A DNA stretch of 64,000 bases from Gemmatimonadota bacterium (GCA_039591075.1 JBDHEI010000011.1:9933-73932), one strand, 5' to 3'. Shown: positions 18,969 to 29,344, counted from the stretch's first letter. The notes: generated by a model from the letters alone, not told the origin. A program made the numbers and translations.

Positions 18969-21230
18969 GTGAGGCGGATCCGGCTTCCCTCGCTGCTCGT
19001 TGGCTTCCTGGTGACGGCGGTCGGCGGCCCGGCCCGTGCGCAGGAAGCCCGCGGCGTAGCTGGCACCGTTCTCGCGCTTCCGGATAGCTCGGCCCTCCCC
19101 CGTGTGGTGGTCCAGGTCCCGGCGCTGGGACTGATGGTCATCACCGACAGCGCCGGGGCCTTCCTGTTGCCGAGCGTCGTGCGGGCTCGCGTGCAGATCG
19201 TGTTCAGTCGCATCGGCGTGGCGTCGGATTCAGTGTGGCTCGAGCCCGACCAGGATGTCCTGCGGGTGTTTTTGGAGCTCGCACCGATCGCGCTCCCGGC
19301 GATCACGGCCGAAGGACAACTCCAGGCGCGCACGCGCTTCGAGCGCCAGGTGCAACCCAGCGTCGTCAGCATCGATCGCGAGACGATCAGCCGCCTCCCG
19401 GCGCCGCTCGAGGCGGACGTCGTGCGCGTGGTCCAGATGCTGCCGGGGATCGTCGCGCTCAACGACTACACGGTGGGTTTCAACGTGCGCGGCGGCGAGC
19501 CGGACCAGAACCTGACCCTGCTCGACGGTGTCGCGGTGTTCAATCCGTCGCACCTGGGCGGTCTCTTCAGCACCTTCGATACCGACGCCGTCGAGAACGT
19601 CGACTTCTTTGCTGGGGCATTTCCCGCCGGATACGGAGGAAGGCTGAGCAGCGTGCTGGACGTATCCGTCCGTCCGGGCCGGCGCGATCGGTTCGGTGTG
19701 CGCGGGAACATTTCGCTGCTGTCGAGCAAGGTGCTGGCCGAAGGTCCTTTCGGCGGGACCGGTGCGACCTGGTTGGTGAGTGGCCGCCGTACCTACGCCG
19801 ACGTCCTGGTCGGACTGCTCAGCGAGACGTCGTTGCCGTACTACTTCGCCGATGCCCTGGGCAAGGTGCAGGTGCCGCTTGGCGAGCGCGCCAACCTCTC
19901 CTTCACCGGGTATTGGGGTCGGGATGTTCTCGACTGGACGTGGACGAAAGCGCGTCCGGGGCAGGACGCGGTGCGGCTCGTGTCGGATTGGGGTAATCAT
20001 CTCCTCGGGATCCGGTACGATCAACGCCTGGGGCCACACCGGCTCACGGTCGAAGGAGGCGTCACCGGATTCACTGCCGGCGCGGGACTGGAGCCGGGGC
20101 TGTTTGCGGCCGAGAACACGGCGCGTCTCGTGTCGGGCCGGGCCCGACTCCACTTGGCCCCACACCCGGCGCACGAGCTTCGGGTCGGCGTCGGCATCGA
20201 GGACTACCACATGACCTACGGCGCCAAGTCGGAGGGTCTCAGGACGACGTTCCTGGAAAGCGCGTTCCAGCCGCGAGTCTGGTCCGCGTTCGCCGACCAC
20301 CAGTGGCGTGTCGTCCCTGGGCTACTCGTCCGGCCCGGCGTTCGGGTGGAGGCCATCGAGGGACCGGATGTCGTCAACGTCGCACCGCGGGTCAGCGCCA
20401 AGGTGTTCGTCACTCGGGCGCTGGCCGTGACGGCCGCTGTGGGGCGATACCACCAGGCGCTCCACTCCCTGCGGGACCAGAATCTCCCGTGGAACGTGTT
20501 CGACCTCTGGATCGGGGCGGATTCGGCGATCGCGGTCGCGCGGTCGGACCAGGCGGTGGTGGGGGTGGAATGGTGGTTCGGCGACGCCGAATCGATCTCC
20601 TTCGAGGCGTACAGCAAGACCTTTACCGACATCGTCGATGCGAACCTCAGCGAGGACCCCGCTGTCGCGGGCGACGAGACCATACCGGTGAGCGGCGACG
20701 CCTGGGGATTCGATGTGTTGCTGCGGCGCCATTGGGGACGGGTCACGGGCTGGATCGCGTACAGCCTCACCAAAGCGGTTCGCCGGGCGGACGGTACCCA
20801 GTACCCGGCGGTACACGACCGGCGCCATACGGTGAATGTCGTGGTGCAAGCACCGGGTCCGTTGGGCAGCGACCTCGGCGTGCGGTGGGGCTACGGGTCC
20901 CCGCTGCCGTTCACGCCGTTCGTCGGGGAATGGGACCACCGCTACTATAGGGCCGCGACGCACACCTTCGACGATTTCGAGCGGGAGCCCATTGCGAGCC
21001 CGGTGCTGAACAGCAACCGATATCCGTACTACGGTCGCCTCGACGTGACCCTACGCTGGGAAAGGCGCGCGTGGGGTGGGGTGCTGAGACCGTACCTGCA
21101 GATCGCCAACGTGCTGAACCGTCGGAACGTGTTCCTGTACTTCTACGACTATGACGACGCGCCACCGACCCGGAGCGCCATCTCGCAACTGCCGCTGCTG
21201 CCTAGCGTTGGCATGGAGTTCGAGTTTTGA
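18969..21230 (+). CDS. TonB-dependent receptor with CarboxypepD_reg-like N-terminus
   Basis: Signal (VRRIRLPSLLVGFLVTAVGGPARAQ). Plug motifs (IDRETISRLPAPLEADVVRVVQMLPGI, GGEPDQNLTLLDGVAVFNP). Barrel ending in MEFEF. The start is tentative (GTG 18969; track start 18861). Confidence 0.8.
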   Translation: MRRIRLPSLLVGFLVTAVGGPARAQEARGVAGTVLALPDSSALPRVVVQVPALGLMVITDSAGAFLLPSVVRARVQIVFSRIGVASDSVWLEPDQDVLRVFLELAPIALPAITAEGQLQARTRFERQVQPSVVSIDRETISRLPAPLEADVVRVVQMLPGIVALNDYTVGFNVRGGEPDQNLTLLDGVAVFNPSHLGGLFSTFDTDAVENVDFFAGAFPAGYGGRLSSVLDVSVRPGRRDRFGVRGNISLLSSKVLAEGPFGGTGATWLVSGRRTYADVLVGLLSETSLPYYFADALGKVQVPLGERANLSFTGYWGRDVLDWTWTKARPGQDAVRLVSDWGNHLLGIRYDQRLGPHRLTVEGGVTGFTAGAGLEPGLFAAENTARLVSGRARLHLAPHPAHELRVGVGIEDYHMTYGAKSEGLRTTFLESAFQPRVWSAFADHQWRVVPGLLVRPGVRVEAIEGPDVVNVAPRVSAKVFVTRALAVTAAVGRYHQALHSLRDQNLPWNVFDLWIGADSAIAVARSDQAVVGVEWWFGDAESISFEAYSKTFTDIVDANLSEDPAVAGDETIPVSGDAWGFDVLLRRHWGRVTGWIAYSLTKAVRRADGTQYPAVHDRRHTVNVVVQAPGPLGSDLGVRWGYGSPLPFTPFVGEWDHRYYRAATHTFDDFEREPIASPVLNSNRYPYYGRLDVTLRWERRAWGGVLRPYLQIANVLNRRNVFLYFYDYDDAPPTRSAISQLPLLPSVGMEFEF

Positions 21231-21235
21231 ACGTC

Positions 21236-22483
21236 ATGTGTCGGTTCGCCATGTTGGCGGCGGCGCTGTCTGCCGCGTGCGAGTTCGGTGAGATCACCGT
21301 GCCGACCAGTGATCCCATGGTGATCGTGCAGGCGATCATGCGCCCCGACGTCGCGCGGCAGTGGCTGATTGTGGAACAGACGTTGACGGGATCGGCCGTG
21401 ATCGATCGGGAGTCGATCGTGGTCCCGGGCGCCCCGCTGCCGCTGCCGGTGTCCGGTGCGACGGTGACGGTCACCAACCGCACCGATTCCAATGACCCCT
21501 GTGGCACCACGGTCTTCACGGAAGACCCCGGCGTGCCGGACATCCCGGTGGTGGCCGGTGTGTACTGGAGTCCGGCCGGGTGTCCTACGATGCGGGCCCG
21601 GGACACCCTCCAGCTCCGCGTCGTCACACCAGGCGGTGCCGTGGTAACGGGAACTAGCGAGGTGCCCGGCGCCACCGCCTTTGTCATGCGGGTCGCCTCC
21701 ACTGTGGTTGAGGTGCCGGGTCCCCTGCTCACGCTCAACCGGGACGTCGATACCTTGACGGCCGACGCTGCGGTTATTGCGGGCCGGGCGCTGCAGCTGG
21801 AAGTGCGCCGGCCGACCGTCTCGGGATCGTCAGTTCCGGGGTTCTGGTTTCTCGTCGACTCGACCGCGATGGCGGTGCCAGGGAACCTGCCGGACATCAT
21901 CTCAGGGTTTCTGCAGGACACGTCCGGTATCCCCGACGAGTTTCCGCCGGTGTTTGCGGCCGGTCGCTATTACTTCGTGACCGTCGCGCTCGGCGACGCG
22001 CGGTACTTCGATTTCGTGCGATCGGGCAACATCCCGCCCTCCGGCCGCGGATTCGTCAACAACCTGCAAGGTGGGATGGGGGTGTTCGGGAGCCTCGTCG
22101 CGGCGACCAACGAGCTGAGGGTCGTGGGGAGGATGGACGACCGTCGCGAAGGATTCTACCGCGTAACCGGAACTCTCTTGGGTGTCCCCGTCGGCGCGAC
22201 GCTCGAGCTCTACGTCGTGACCGCGGATGCCGACTCGACAGAGCTCTCCGCGTTTGTGAGCGGCGCGTGGCTGCACGGCTCCATCGATGAGAGCGCTGAC
22301 GGGGCGTTCCGCGCTGACACGCTCGAGCTCGTGGTCGAGCAACGTGTGTCAGCCGCGGGCGATTCGGTGTCGGCGTATCTGCTGGTTGGTCCCACGTCGC
22401 CGACTACCGTGACCACGCTGACCGCATACGATGCTGAGCTTCGGGTCGTGGATAGCCTGACGGTCGAAAGAGTCCCGGGCTGA
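21236..22483 (+). CDS. DUF4249-like lipoprotein (partner of the preceding TonB receptor)
   Basis: MCRFAMLAAALSAAC lipobox. Starts 6 nt after the receptor stop. The size and position are typical of DUF4249. The family assignment comes from context and composition only. Confidence 0.6.
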   Translation: MCRFAMLAAALSAACEFGEITVPTSDPMVIVQAIMRPDVARQWLIVEQTLTGSAVIDRESIVVPGAPLPLPVSGATVTVTNRTDSNDPCGTTVFTEDPGVPDIPVVAGVYWSPAGCPTMRARDTLQLRVVTPGGAVVTGTSEVPGATAFVMRVASTVVEVPGPLLTLNRDVDTLTADAAVIAGRALQLEVRRPTVSGSSVPGFWFLVDSTAMAVPGNLPDIISGFLQDTSGIPDEFPPVFAAGRYYFVTVALGDARYFDFVRSGNIPPSGRGFVNNLQGGMGVFGSLVAATNELRVVGRMDDRREGFYRVTGTLLGVPVGATLELYVVTADADSTELSAFVSGAWLHGSIDESADGAFRADTLELVVEQRVSAAGDSVSAYLLVGPTSPTTVTTLTAYDAELRVVDSLTVERVPG

Positions 22484-22579
22484 AACCTGCGACTGCACGA
22501 GAGCAACCGCGAACAGCTGCGACACCGGACGGCGCCCCCTGAGTCTATAGCGTGCGGCGCATGGCGATCGGCACGCCTC

Positions 22580-23551
22580 TCAATCAGTCGCGGCCGTGGG
22601 CTCCAACAACGAATCGACCTCGGCGCGAGCGGCGGCGTAGGCCGTAGCGTCGGCATCCAGCGCTTCCAGCAGCTCCGCCAACTCCTCGCGGGCCGGATCG
22701 GCATCGACAGTTTCGGCCCGGAGCCGATACAGCACGCTCACCCCCTGCCGGAACCGCGAGGCCAAGCCATCGTGGAGCGACGTCACGCGGTTGATGGCGG
22801 TCTCGTCGAGCACGGCGGCGAGACCGTGGTCGAGGTCCGAGAGGTCGATCGCCACGCGACACGCATGGGTGAGGAGCTGCTCCACATCCCTCTTGCACGC
22901 ACCCCCGGCCGGACCGCGAGGTAGAGCGCGATAGACGGGCTCGGCCGCTCGAACCAGCGTCGCGAGGAGATCGTGAGCGGTGCCGAGTGGCAGCCTGGCG
23001 AATGTCGTAACGATCAAGTGCTCCGTAGGCGCCGGAAACACGGCACGACGGCGAGGGCTGGCGATCGCTGGATCGCGCAAGCGCACCTGTGCAGCGAGCA
23101 AGAGGAGGAGCGCCATCAGCGGACTGGTCCAGAGGAGCATGGGCTCCGCGATCCGACCGGCCCAGGTTCCGACCAAGACCATGACGCCGAGCAGAACGTA
23201 GAGCGAAGCCGGGGCCGACGCCCACGTCTTCCGGGCCGTCCGAGCCACTGCCGGCACGTCGCGGAGCGCCAGACGCCGCACGACGCCTTCTGCCGCAGCG
23301 GCGGGCACGCGAATCAGCGCCCGGTGGCCCGCCGCCAGCAGATCCCGTCCCTCGCGGTGAGCGTGACCCGCGAGGAGCGGCTCGAGCGCGTCCAGCACGC
23401 GACGCGTGTCGTGCCGGGCCTCGGTGGGCTTCACGAAGATCAGCGTGTCGCCGACCGCCTGGGCAGTGCCGCCGCAGGCGGGGCAGACGCTCAGGCCGAA
23501 CGGCTCCGGGGCACCGCAGATCACGCACACCGTCATGAGGGCGTCGGTCAT
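22580..23551 (-). CDS. zinc-ribbon membrane protein (hypothetical)
   Basis: MTDALMTVCVICGAPEPFGLSVCPACGG (CxxC...CxxC). Two TM helices mid-protein, then a helical C-terminal domain. ATG 23551 overlaps the upstream stop (ATGA). Confidence 0.55.
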   Translation of the reverse strand: MTDALMTVCVICGAPEPFGLSVCPACGGTAQAVGDTLIFVKPTEARHDTRRVLDALEPLLAGHAHREGRDLLAAGHRALIRVPAAAAEGVVRRLALRDVPAVARTARKTWASAPASLYVLLGVMVLVGTWAGRIAEPMLLWTSPLMALLLLLAAQVRLRDPAIASPRRRAVFPAPTEHLIVTTFARLPLGTAHDLLATLVRAAEPVYRALPRGPAGGACKRDVEQLLTHACRVAIDLSDLDHGLAAVLDETAINRVTSLHDGLASRFRQGVSVLYRLRAETVDADPAREELAELLEALDADATAYAAARAEVDSLLEPTAATD

Positions 23552-24129
23552 CGGGCGTCGATCTCCTCGAGCATCCGCTTGGCGCTTCGCGTCCAACCGT
23601 CATTCTGGTCGTAGTACCGCAGGAACTCACGCAGGTGGGTTTCGGCGAGCTGGTAGTCGCCGAGGGCGAAGCGTGCGGCCCCGGCGTGGTACAGCGCTTG
23701 GTAGTGGTTGGGCCAGAACTCGATCACCAACTCCATGATCGGTCCGGCAGAGCGGTCATCACCCATGTCCGCAATCGGATGACCGATGGCAAACACGACC
23801 CCCGCTGCCTTCCACCGTTCGTCCCCTTCGAGTGCGAGGATCACGCTGCGCGCCTCCTCGATCCGTCCGGCGAGTGCCCAGCACGCGGCACTGTACCCGG
23901 CACCGCCGCGTGACGTGGGTGGAGGTGTCTGTCGGTGGACGGTCTCCACCTCGAGCGTATTGCAGTACGGCCTCACCTGACTGAACCAAACCGCACCGTC
24001 CTCTGTCGGATCGCCCGCCACGAAGAAAGACGTCACGCTGACGGGATCGGCGGCAGGCACGGGCCCGCGGATCAGCGCGTATACGCTCACGGCGATGTAG
24101 GTGATGCCCACCAGGTATAGCAGCCGCAT
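23548..24129 (-). CDS. membrane-anchored helical-repeat (TPR-like) protein (hypothetical)
   Basis: Start taken at MRLLYLVGITYIAVSVYALI (TM anchor). The C-terminus (HYQALYHAGAARFALGDYQLAETHLREFLRYY) resembles TPR repeats. Confidence 0.5.
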   Translation of the reverse strand: MRLLYLVGITYIAVSVYALIRGPVPAADPVSVTSFFVAGDPTEDGAVWFSQVRPYCNTLEVETVHRQTPPPTSRGGAGYSAACWALAGRIEEARSVILALEGDERWKAAGVVFAIGHPIADMGDDRSAGPIMELVIEFWPNHYQALYHAGAARFALGDYQLAETHLREFLRYYDQNDGWTRSAKRMLEEIDAR

Positions 24130-24438
24130 GGGCGTCTCTTTCGAGATGTAGGTCCAATCCGGGTGACGATCCGGGAGGGCAGCCTTGCACACCCCCGCTC
24201 CCAATCCCCCAATGAGCAAACGACGTGCCGCGTGGTGCTGTCGTGTAACTGATTGTTTCACAACTGGTTAGATAGGGAGATGGGAGACGAGCTGCGCGGG
24301 ACGGAGGGACCCTGCCCCAGGGTGGTGCGAATTGCGACAACGGTGGCGTGCGGCCTACGGCAATCGCCTCGTGTTCACGCGGGAGTCCGGCGACGCAGGG
24401 TCATCGTCCAGTCCCCTGCGCGATCGCGCCCCGCGGGA

Positions 24439-25326
24439 CTACGGATGGCAGGTCCCGCTTCCGGCATCGACGAACTGCCCGCCGCCGGCCGGAATGAAGT
24501 CCCAGTCGTAACCCGTTGACCGCAGCGTCAGCTTCAAGACGCCATAGGTCTCACTGTTGCGGATGTCGCTGTGTGCGGCCAGAGCTGCGAAGTTCCTGAG
24601 CGTTCTGCCCCCCGTTCCCACGACGAACGCACGGATCCCTGCGACGGCATCGGGAGTCCCTGTCGGTGTTTGCGGCGCGAAGCGCTCGTAATCGTGGTCG
24701 TGCCCGTTCAGGACCACCTCGACGCCGGCCTCGTACAGCGCCTCCCAGACAGGTTGCATAGCGTCGTCGTTCCCGTGTTGGCCGGAACTGAACCTCGGAT
24801 GGTGCCAGTATGCCACCGTGCAGAGCGCCGGGTGTGCGGTGAGATCGCCACGGAGCCACTGCAACTGGGGCGAGTCGGTGTCGACATCGATGTTGCTGTT
24901 CAGCGCAATGACGTGCCAGCTCCCGAGGTCGTAGGAGTAGTAGCCCTCGCCGGGGTTGCCGGCGTTCGCACCGAAGTAGGCGAAGTAGGCGGTCCCACCC
25001 GGCGTGTTGTAGTCGTGATTGCCCGGTGATGGCCGCGTGCGTGCCACGTGCCGGCCCCATGTCGGATCGTAGCAGTCGGCGAACTGCTGGGCGGTGCCAT
25101 CGGGGTATGCGTTGTCGCCGGCCGTGAAGACGGTGCCCGGGATGGTGTCGAGCACCCGCGCCGTCTCTTCGTGAGCGCTCTCGCCGCATACGGCAATGTC
25201 GCCTGCTCCAACCAGGGTCGCGGACGGCTCTGGATTGCCGTCGGGCCCGGGCAGGTCGTCGGCACATGCCAGACCCGCAAGCAGCAAAGCGGCCGCCGCG
25301 AGCCGATATGAGAAGCGATTCGTCAC
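24439..25326 (-). CDS. calcineurin-like metallophosphoesterase lipoprotein
   Basis: Lipobox LLAGLAC. Motifs GDIAVCG, AGDNAY, PGNHDY, NGHDHDYER. GTG 25326 has GAGG 10 nt upstream; the track start is TTG 25335. Confidence 0.8.
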   Translation of the reverse strand: MTNRFSYRLAAAALLLAGLACADDLPGPDGNPEPSATLVGAGDIAVCGESAHEETARVLDTIPGTVFTAGDNAYPDGTAQQFADCYDPTWGRHVARTRPSPGNHDYNTPGGTAYFAYFGANAGNPGEGYYSYDLGSWHVIALNSNIDVDTDSPQLQWLRGDLTAHPALCTVAYWHHPRFSSGQHGNDDAMQPVWEALYEAGVEVVLNGHDHDYERFAPQTPTGTPDAVAGIRAFVVGTGGRTLRNFAALAAHSDIRNSETYGVLKLTLRSTGYDWDFIPAGGGQFVDAGSGTCHP

Positions 25327-25450
25327 GGTGGGCAACCTCGACTAGGCACGAGCTGTCCTAACGGTATCTCGCTTCGGCACTGCAGCGTGTGGCAGTGATC
25401 ACACGTTACCAGGCTGCATCCTGTCCGTCTAGCCGGATGCCCTAACTGAA

Positions 25451-25488
25451 ACACGCCCCACGACCGCATTGGCGACCGTGAGGCGTGT
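25451..25488 (-). terminator. putative terminator hairpin downstream of mscL
   Basis: ACACGCCCCACG ... CGTGAGGCGTGT, a 12-bp stem with one mismatch. On the minus strand it is followed by GTTTCAGTT. Confidence 0.4.
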
Positions 25489-25511
25489 CCTGCCACGAAA
25501 CAGATCTTGCC

Positions 25512-25967
25512 TTACGCGGCCTTGAGCTCCGACGTGCAGCTCGAGCAGCGGGTGGCTTTGATGGCCACCTTCGTGAGGCAATACGGGCATTCCTTCTTGT
25601 CCGGTGGGGGTGGGGCAGCCTCTTCCTTCTGCTGCATGCGCATGAGGCCTCTTACCAAGAGGAATACGGCAAACGCCACGATCAGGAAGCTCACGATGTT
25701 GTCGATGAACATTCCGTAATTGACCGTGACCGCGCCCGCCTCGGCGGCCGCGTCGGGCGTCAGGTACGGCCCGGGTACGTCACCTGCCTTGACCACGGCG
25801 AACAGGTTGGAAAAGCTCACGTTGCCGAGCAAGATGCCGATCGGCGGCATGATGATGTCGGACACGAGCGATTTCACGATCGTGCCGAACGCACCACCGA
25901 TGATGATACCCACGGCCATGTCGACGACGTTTCCGCGCATGGCGAACGCTTTGAAGTCTTTCAGCAC
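25512..25967 (-). CDS. mscL: large-conductance mechanosensitive channel MscL with C-terminal CxxC...CxxC tail
   Basis: [44 protein letters not shown] is the MscL signature. GTG 25967 follows TAGGAG. The tail is [19 protein letters not shown]. Confidence 0.9.
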   Translation of the reverse strand: MLKDFKAFAMRGNVVDMAVGIIIGGAFGTIVKSLVSDIIMPPIGILLGNVSFSNLFAVVKAGDVPGPYLTPDAAAEAGAVTVNYGMFIDNIVSFLIVAFAVFLLVRGLMRMQQKEEAAPPPPDKKECPYCLTKVAIKATRCSSCTSELKAA

Positions 25968-26053
25968 TCTGCAACTCCTATACTGGGATGATGGATGAAC
26001 TACGACGGGCGCCGCGCGCATGAGGTCGCTGCACGGCGCCCGCCGACTCGTTG

Positions 26054-27481
26054 TTACTGATCCAACCGCTGCAGCTCCACGCGGCGGTTCTGAGCGCGAC
26101 CCTCACGCGTGCCGTTGTCGGCCACGGGATTGTCTGGGCCGTACCCCCTCGCCTCGAGCTGGTTGGCCGCAACGCCCTGCTGTACGAGGTAGGCGACGAC
26201 CGACTCCGCACGCCGCTGAGAGAGCCCCATGTTGTACGCGCGTGACCCGGTGTTGTCGGTATGCCCCCCCACCTCGACGCGCACCTCGGGGTTACCCTGC
26301 AGGGTCTCCCCGACGCGGGTGAGGATCATCCGTGCCTGCGCCGTGAGCTGCGCGCTGTTCGTCTCGAAGTTGACCCCCTCCAGTACGATCCGCGTCTCGG
26401 CTTCCCGGAAGAGTATCGGGCAACCGGTCTGGTCGACCTGGGTGTTGGCGGTGGTGTCCGGACAGCGATCGATACCGTTCGGCACACCGTCGTTGTCGCT
26501 GTCGCTCGGGCAGCCCTGCGCATCGACCGTCGCGCCGGCCGGGGTGTTGGGGCAGCGGTCCAGGACGTCGGGCACACCGTCCCGATCCGCATCCAGGGCG
26601 CAGCCGTTGCCGTCGACCTGGGCGCCGCGCGGCGTGTTGGGACACCGGTCCGCCGTGTCGGGCACGCCGTCGCTGTCCGCGTCGGGGACGCAACCACTCG
26701 CATTGACCGCGGTCCCGCGCGGCGTGTTGGGACACTGGTCCGCCGAGTCACGCACACCGTCGCCGTCCGAGTCGAGTGGACAGCCTTCGGCGTCGACCCG
26801 CTCGCCGGTCGGAGTGTCGGGACACCGATCTTGGAAGTTAGGCACGCCGTCCCCGTCGGCATCCAGGGGACATCCCCTGGCGTCCACCGGCTCGCCGGCC
26901 GGCGTTCCCCCGCACGCGTCCCGCTTGTCGCTCACGCCGTCGCCATCGGTATCGGCGGCGCGACTGCCGAGGAGGATGCCCACGCCTCCCTGCGCGCCAA
27001 AGTTCCAGTTCTTGTCGGCCCCGAAATAATCCGCGAGCCCCTCGATACGGGCAAACACCACGTCGGACAGCCAGAACCGGAAGCCGAACAAACCGTTCAC
27101 GCCGAAGTCGGTCGCGTCGGTGTTGTCGTAGATGTTGTAGACTCCGCCGGCGCCGATCAGCATCGAGACGCGATCGTGCAGCGGGGCGTTGTACACGAGA
27201 CGGGCATGGACCGGGATGTACTTGAGGTTGCCTCCGGCGTCCAGCTCCGCTGGCGTGTAGGATCCCGTTGCCTCGAGTTCTAGATTCGGCACGAAGAAGA
27301 CGCCCAAGCGGCCGCCGAACCCGATGCGGTCTTTGAGCGTCAGGGTGCTGTCGAACCACGTGTACCGGGCGAACGCGCCCAGCTCCACGGCGCCCGGACG
27401 CTGGGCAAAGGCGGGCGTCGCCAGCGCTGCCAGACCAACGGCAGTCACCACGGCGCTCCGTTTCAACCATTTCCTCTGCAT
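26054..27481 (-). CDS. OmpA-family outer-membrane protein with thrombospondin type-3-like calcium-binding repeats
   Basis: ATG 27481 follows AGGAGG. Signal peptide ...[10 protein letters not shown]-terminal beta-barrel-like region. Six DxDxDGVxDxxDxCPxTP repeats. C-terminal OmpA domain ([25 protein letters not shown]). Confidence 0.9.
   Translation of the reverse strand: MQRKWLKRSAVVTAVGLAALATPAFAQRPGAVELGAFARYTWFDSTLTLKDRIGFGGRLGVFFVPNLELEATGSYTPAELDAGGNLKYIPVHARLVYNAPLHDRVSMLIGAGGVYNIYDNTDATDFGVNGLFGFRFWLSDVVFARIEGLADYFGADKNWNFGAQGGVGILLGSRAADTDGDGVSDKRDACGGTPAGEPVDARGCPLDADGDGVPNFQDRCPDTPTGERVDAEGCPLDSDGDGVRDSADQCPNTPRGTAVNASGCVPDADSDGVPDTADRCPNTPRGAQVDGNGCALDADRDGVPDVLDRCPNTPAGATVDAQGCPSDSDNDGVPNGIDRCPDTTANTQVDQTGCPILFREAETRIVLEGVNFETNSAQLTAQARMILTRVGETLQGNPEVRVEVGGHTDNTGSRAYNMGLSQRRAESVVAYLVQQGVAANQLEARGYGPDNPVADNGTREGRAQNRRVELQRLDQ
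26417..26953 (-). repeat. coding tandem repeats (6 x about 32 aa, TSP3-like)
   Basis: DTDGDGV / DADGDGV / DSDGDGV / DADSDGV / DADRDGV / DSDNDGV units, each followed by D.CP.TP.G..VD..GC. Coordinates computed from residue positions 177-355. Confidence 0.8.
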
Positions 27482-27691
27482 CGAGTTGCCTCCTTGGAAG
27501 ATCGATCGCGAATTCGCCCTGGCGAAGAGCAAGGCGTATACCAGGATATAAGTCTCTGCGGCAAAAAGGTTTACAGAGTTGGCACCCGAGCCGGTACCCA
27601 GCGGGCGTTGTTTCATTCCGGAATCGATCACCCCAGAATGGGACGTGAGCACGGGCGGCGGGACGAGAACGGGCGTCGAAAACTCTCCGCG

Positions 27692-29152
27692 TCAGGAGCG
27701 AAGCTCGTACTTTTTGATCTTGCGGTAGAGGGTGGTGCGTCCAATCCCGAGCTCACGCACCACCTGCGCCACATTGCCGTCATGGCGCTCGAGCGCTTCG
27801 GCAATCGCGTCGCGCTCGATCTCCTCGAGCGTCCGAAGGCGCCGGGGCGCCACCGAGGAATTGGTCCCCACGAAGGCAGCCGGCGGCGCCTCGGGCAACG
27901 ACGCGGTGTTGGCCCTGCGCCCGGTGTCTGGAGCCAGGGTGCTCCCCGCTCCGGCCTCCCGAACTCGTTTGGGAAGATCTCGGACACTAATGGCACGGCC
28001 GTCTGCCTCGACCGCGGCGCGCTCGATCGCGTTCTGCAGCTCGCGAACGTTCCCGGGCCAGCCATACGACGCCAGGCGCCCCATCGTCTCGGGTGCAATG
28101 GACAGCGTCTTGGAGCGATTCCCCGCTGCCTGCTTCAGGAAATGCCCGGCGAGGAGCGGGATGTCGTCGCGGCGAGCCCTGAGCGGCGGAACCTCGATAT
28201 CCATGACCGCAATGCGGAAGTAGAGATCTTCCCGGAAAGTGCCGGCCTGAACCTCCGTTGCGAGATCACGATGGGTCGCGACGATCAGGCGGAAATCGGA
28301 GCGCACCTCGGCCGATCCGCCGACCCGTAAGAACGTCCGCTCCTGCAGTACGCGAAGCAACTTGGCCTGGAGACTCGCCGAGAGTTCGCCGATCTCGTCG
28401 AGAAACAACGTGCCGCCGTCGGCCCGCTCGAAGCACCCGGCCCGGCGGGCGGTGGCTCCGGTGAACGCACCCTTCTCATGACCGAACAGCTCCGACTCCT
28501 GGAGCGACTCCGGGATCGCGGCGCAACTCAGGGCGATGAAGGGCCCCTCACGGCGCGAGCCCTGCCCGTGGATGGCCCTGGCCACCAGCTCCTTGCCGGT
28601 GCCGCTCTCCCCAAGGATCAGCACCGTGATGTCGCTGGCCGACACGCGATCGAGTCGCCGAAACAGCTCTCGGATGGATCGTGACTGGCCCACGATACCC
28701 GGGTACCCGCGGCCCTCCGCTTCGCGCTCCAGCTGAGCGAGCCGCACCGACATGCGCGACCGCTCCACCGCGTGCGTGACCTCAGCCACGAACTTGGCCC
28801 GGTCTACGGGTTTGACCAGGTAGTCGTATGCCCCGGCCTTCATCGCCCTCACGGCGAACTCGGTGCCGGTCTGCGCGGTCATCACGATCACGGGGAGGAG
28901 CGGATGGCGCGCCTTGATGCGGTCGAGGGTCTCGAAGCCGTCGATACCGGGCATGACGAGATCGAGGCACACCGCGTCGGGGAGGGAGGTGGCCAGCGCC
29001 GCCAGGCATCCTTCGCCGTCGTGCGCGATCCGGACCTCGAAGCCTTCGGACTCGAGCCACCGCTGCTGCAACTCGCCGAGCAGGACGTCGTCGTCCACGA
29101 GGAGGACGAGTCCCTTGGTGTCCCGCGACGGCGATCCGGATGACTGCGCCAT
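27692..29152 (-). CDS. sigma-54-dependent response regulator (REC + AAA+ + Fis-type HTH; NtrC family)
   Basis: REC domain (LLVDDD...[10 protein letters not shown]...DYLVKP). Walker [15 protein letters not shown] loop (EKGAFTGA). [11 protein letters not shown]-terminal HTH ([26 protein letters not shown]). Start at ATG 29152; the track ORF has an 89-codon upstream extension. Confidence 0.9.
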   Translation of the reverse strand: MAQSSGSPSRDTKGLVLLVDDDVLLGELQQRWLESEGFEVRIAHDGEGCLAALATSLPDAVCLDLVMPGIDGFETLDRIKARHPLLPVIVMTAQTGTEFAVRAMKAGAYDYLVKPVDRAKFVAEVTHAVERSRMSVRLAQLEREAEGRGYPGIVGQSRSIRELFRRLDRVSASDITVLILGESGTGKELVARAIHGQGSRREGPFIALSCAAIPESLQESELFGHEKGAFTGATARRAGCFERADGGTLFLDEIGELSASLQAKLLRVLQERTFLRVGGSAEVRSDFRLIVATHRDLATEVQAGTFREDLYFRIAVMDIEVPPLRARRDDIPLLAGHFLKQAAGNRSKTLSIAPETMGRLASYGWPGNVRELQNAIERAAVEADGRAISVRDLPKRVREAGAGSTLAPDTGRRANTASLPEAPPAAFVGTNSSVAPRRLRTLEEIERDAIAEALERHDGNVAQVVRELGIGRTTLYRKIKKYELRS

Positions 29153-29268
29153 GTTGTGGCCTGCTCGGTTCGCACAAATGTAGTCGCCGGGGCGGGATTT
29201 GACAGTCCGACGAGTCTCGGCAGGCGGTCGGAAGGCCGGGACCGAATCGGAACGGTGCCGGACGGTTT

Positions 29269-29291
29269 TCGGAACGACCATCCCGTTCTGA
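29269..29291 (+). promoter_or_regulatory. imperfect inverted repeat, candidate activator (UAS) site
   Basis: TCGGAACG-accatcc-CGTTCTGA (8-7-8, one mismatch). A further direct copy of TCGGAACG lies at 29247-29254. Sits about 40-80 nt upstream of the predicted -24 element. Confidence 0.3.
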
Positions 29292-29328
29292 TACGCTCCG
29301 GAGTAGCTCATTCCAGCAAATCCGTCCC

Positions 29329-29344
29329 TGGCCCTGGAGTTGCA
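29329..29344 (+). promoter_or_regulatory. predicted sigma-54 (-24/-12) promoter
   Basis: TGGCCCtggagTTGCA against the consensus TGGCAC-N5-TTGCW: GG-N10-GC spacing is exact, with one mismatch. It is 62 nt upstream of ATG 29406 and divergent from the sigma-54 activator gene. Confidence 0.5.

Noticed and set aside
26417-26953. Regularly spaced repeats, considered as a possible CRISPR or non-coding repeat array.
   Set aside because: The repeats are in-frame coding repeats (TSP3-like) inside the OmpA-family gene. There are no spacers and no cas genes.
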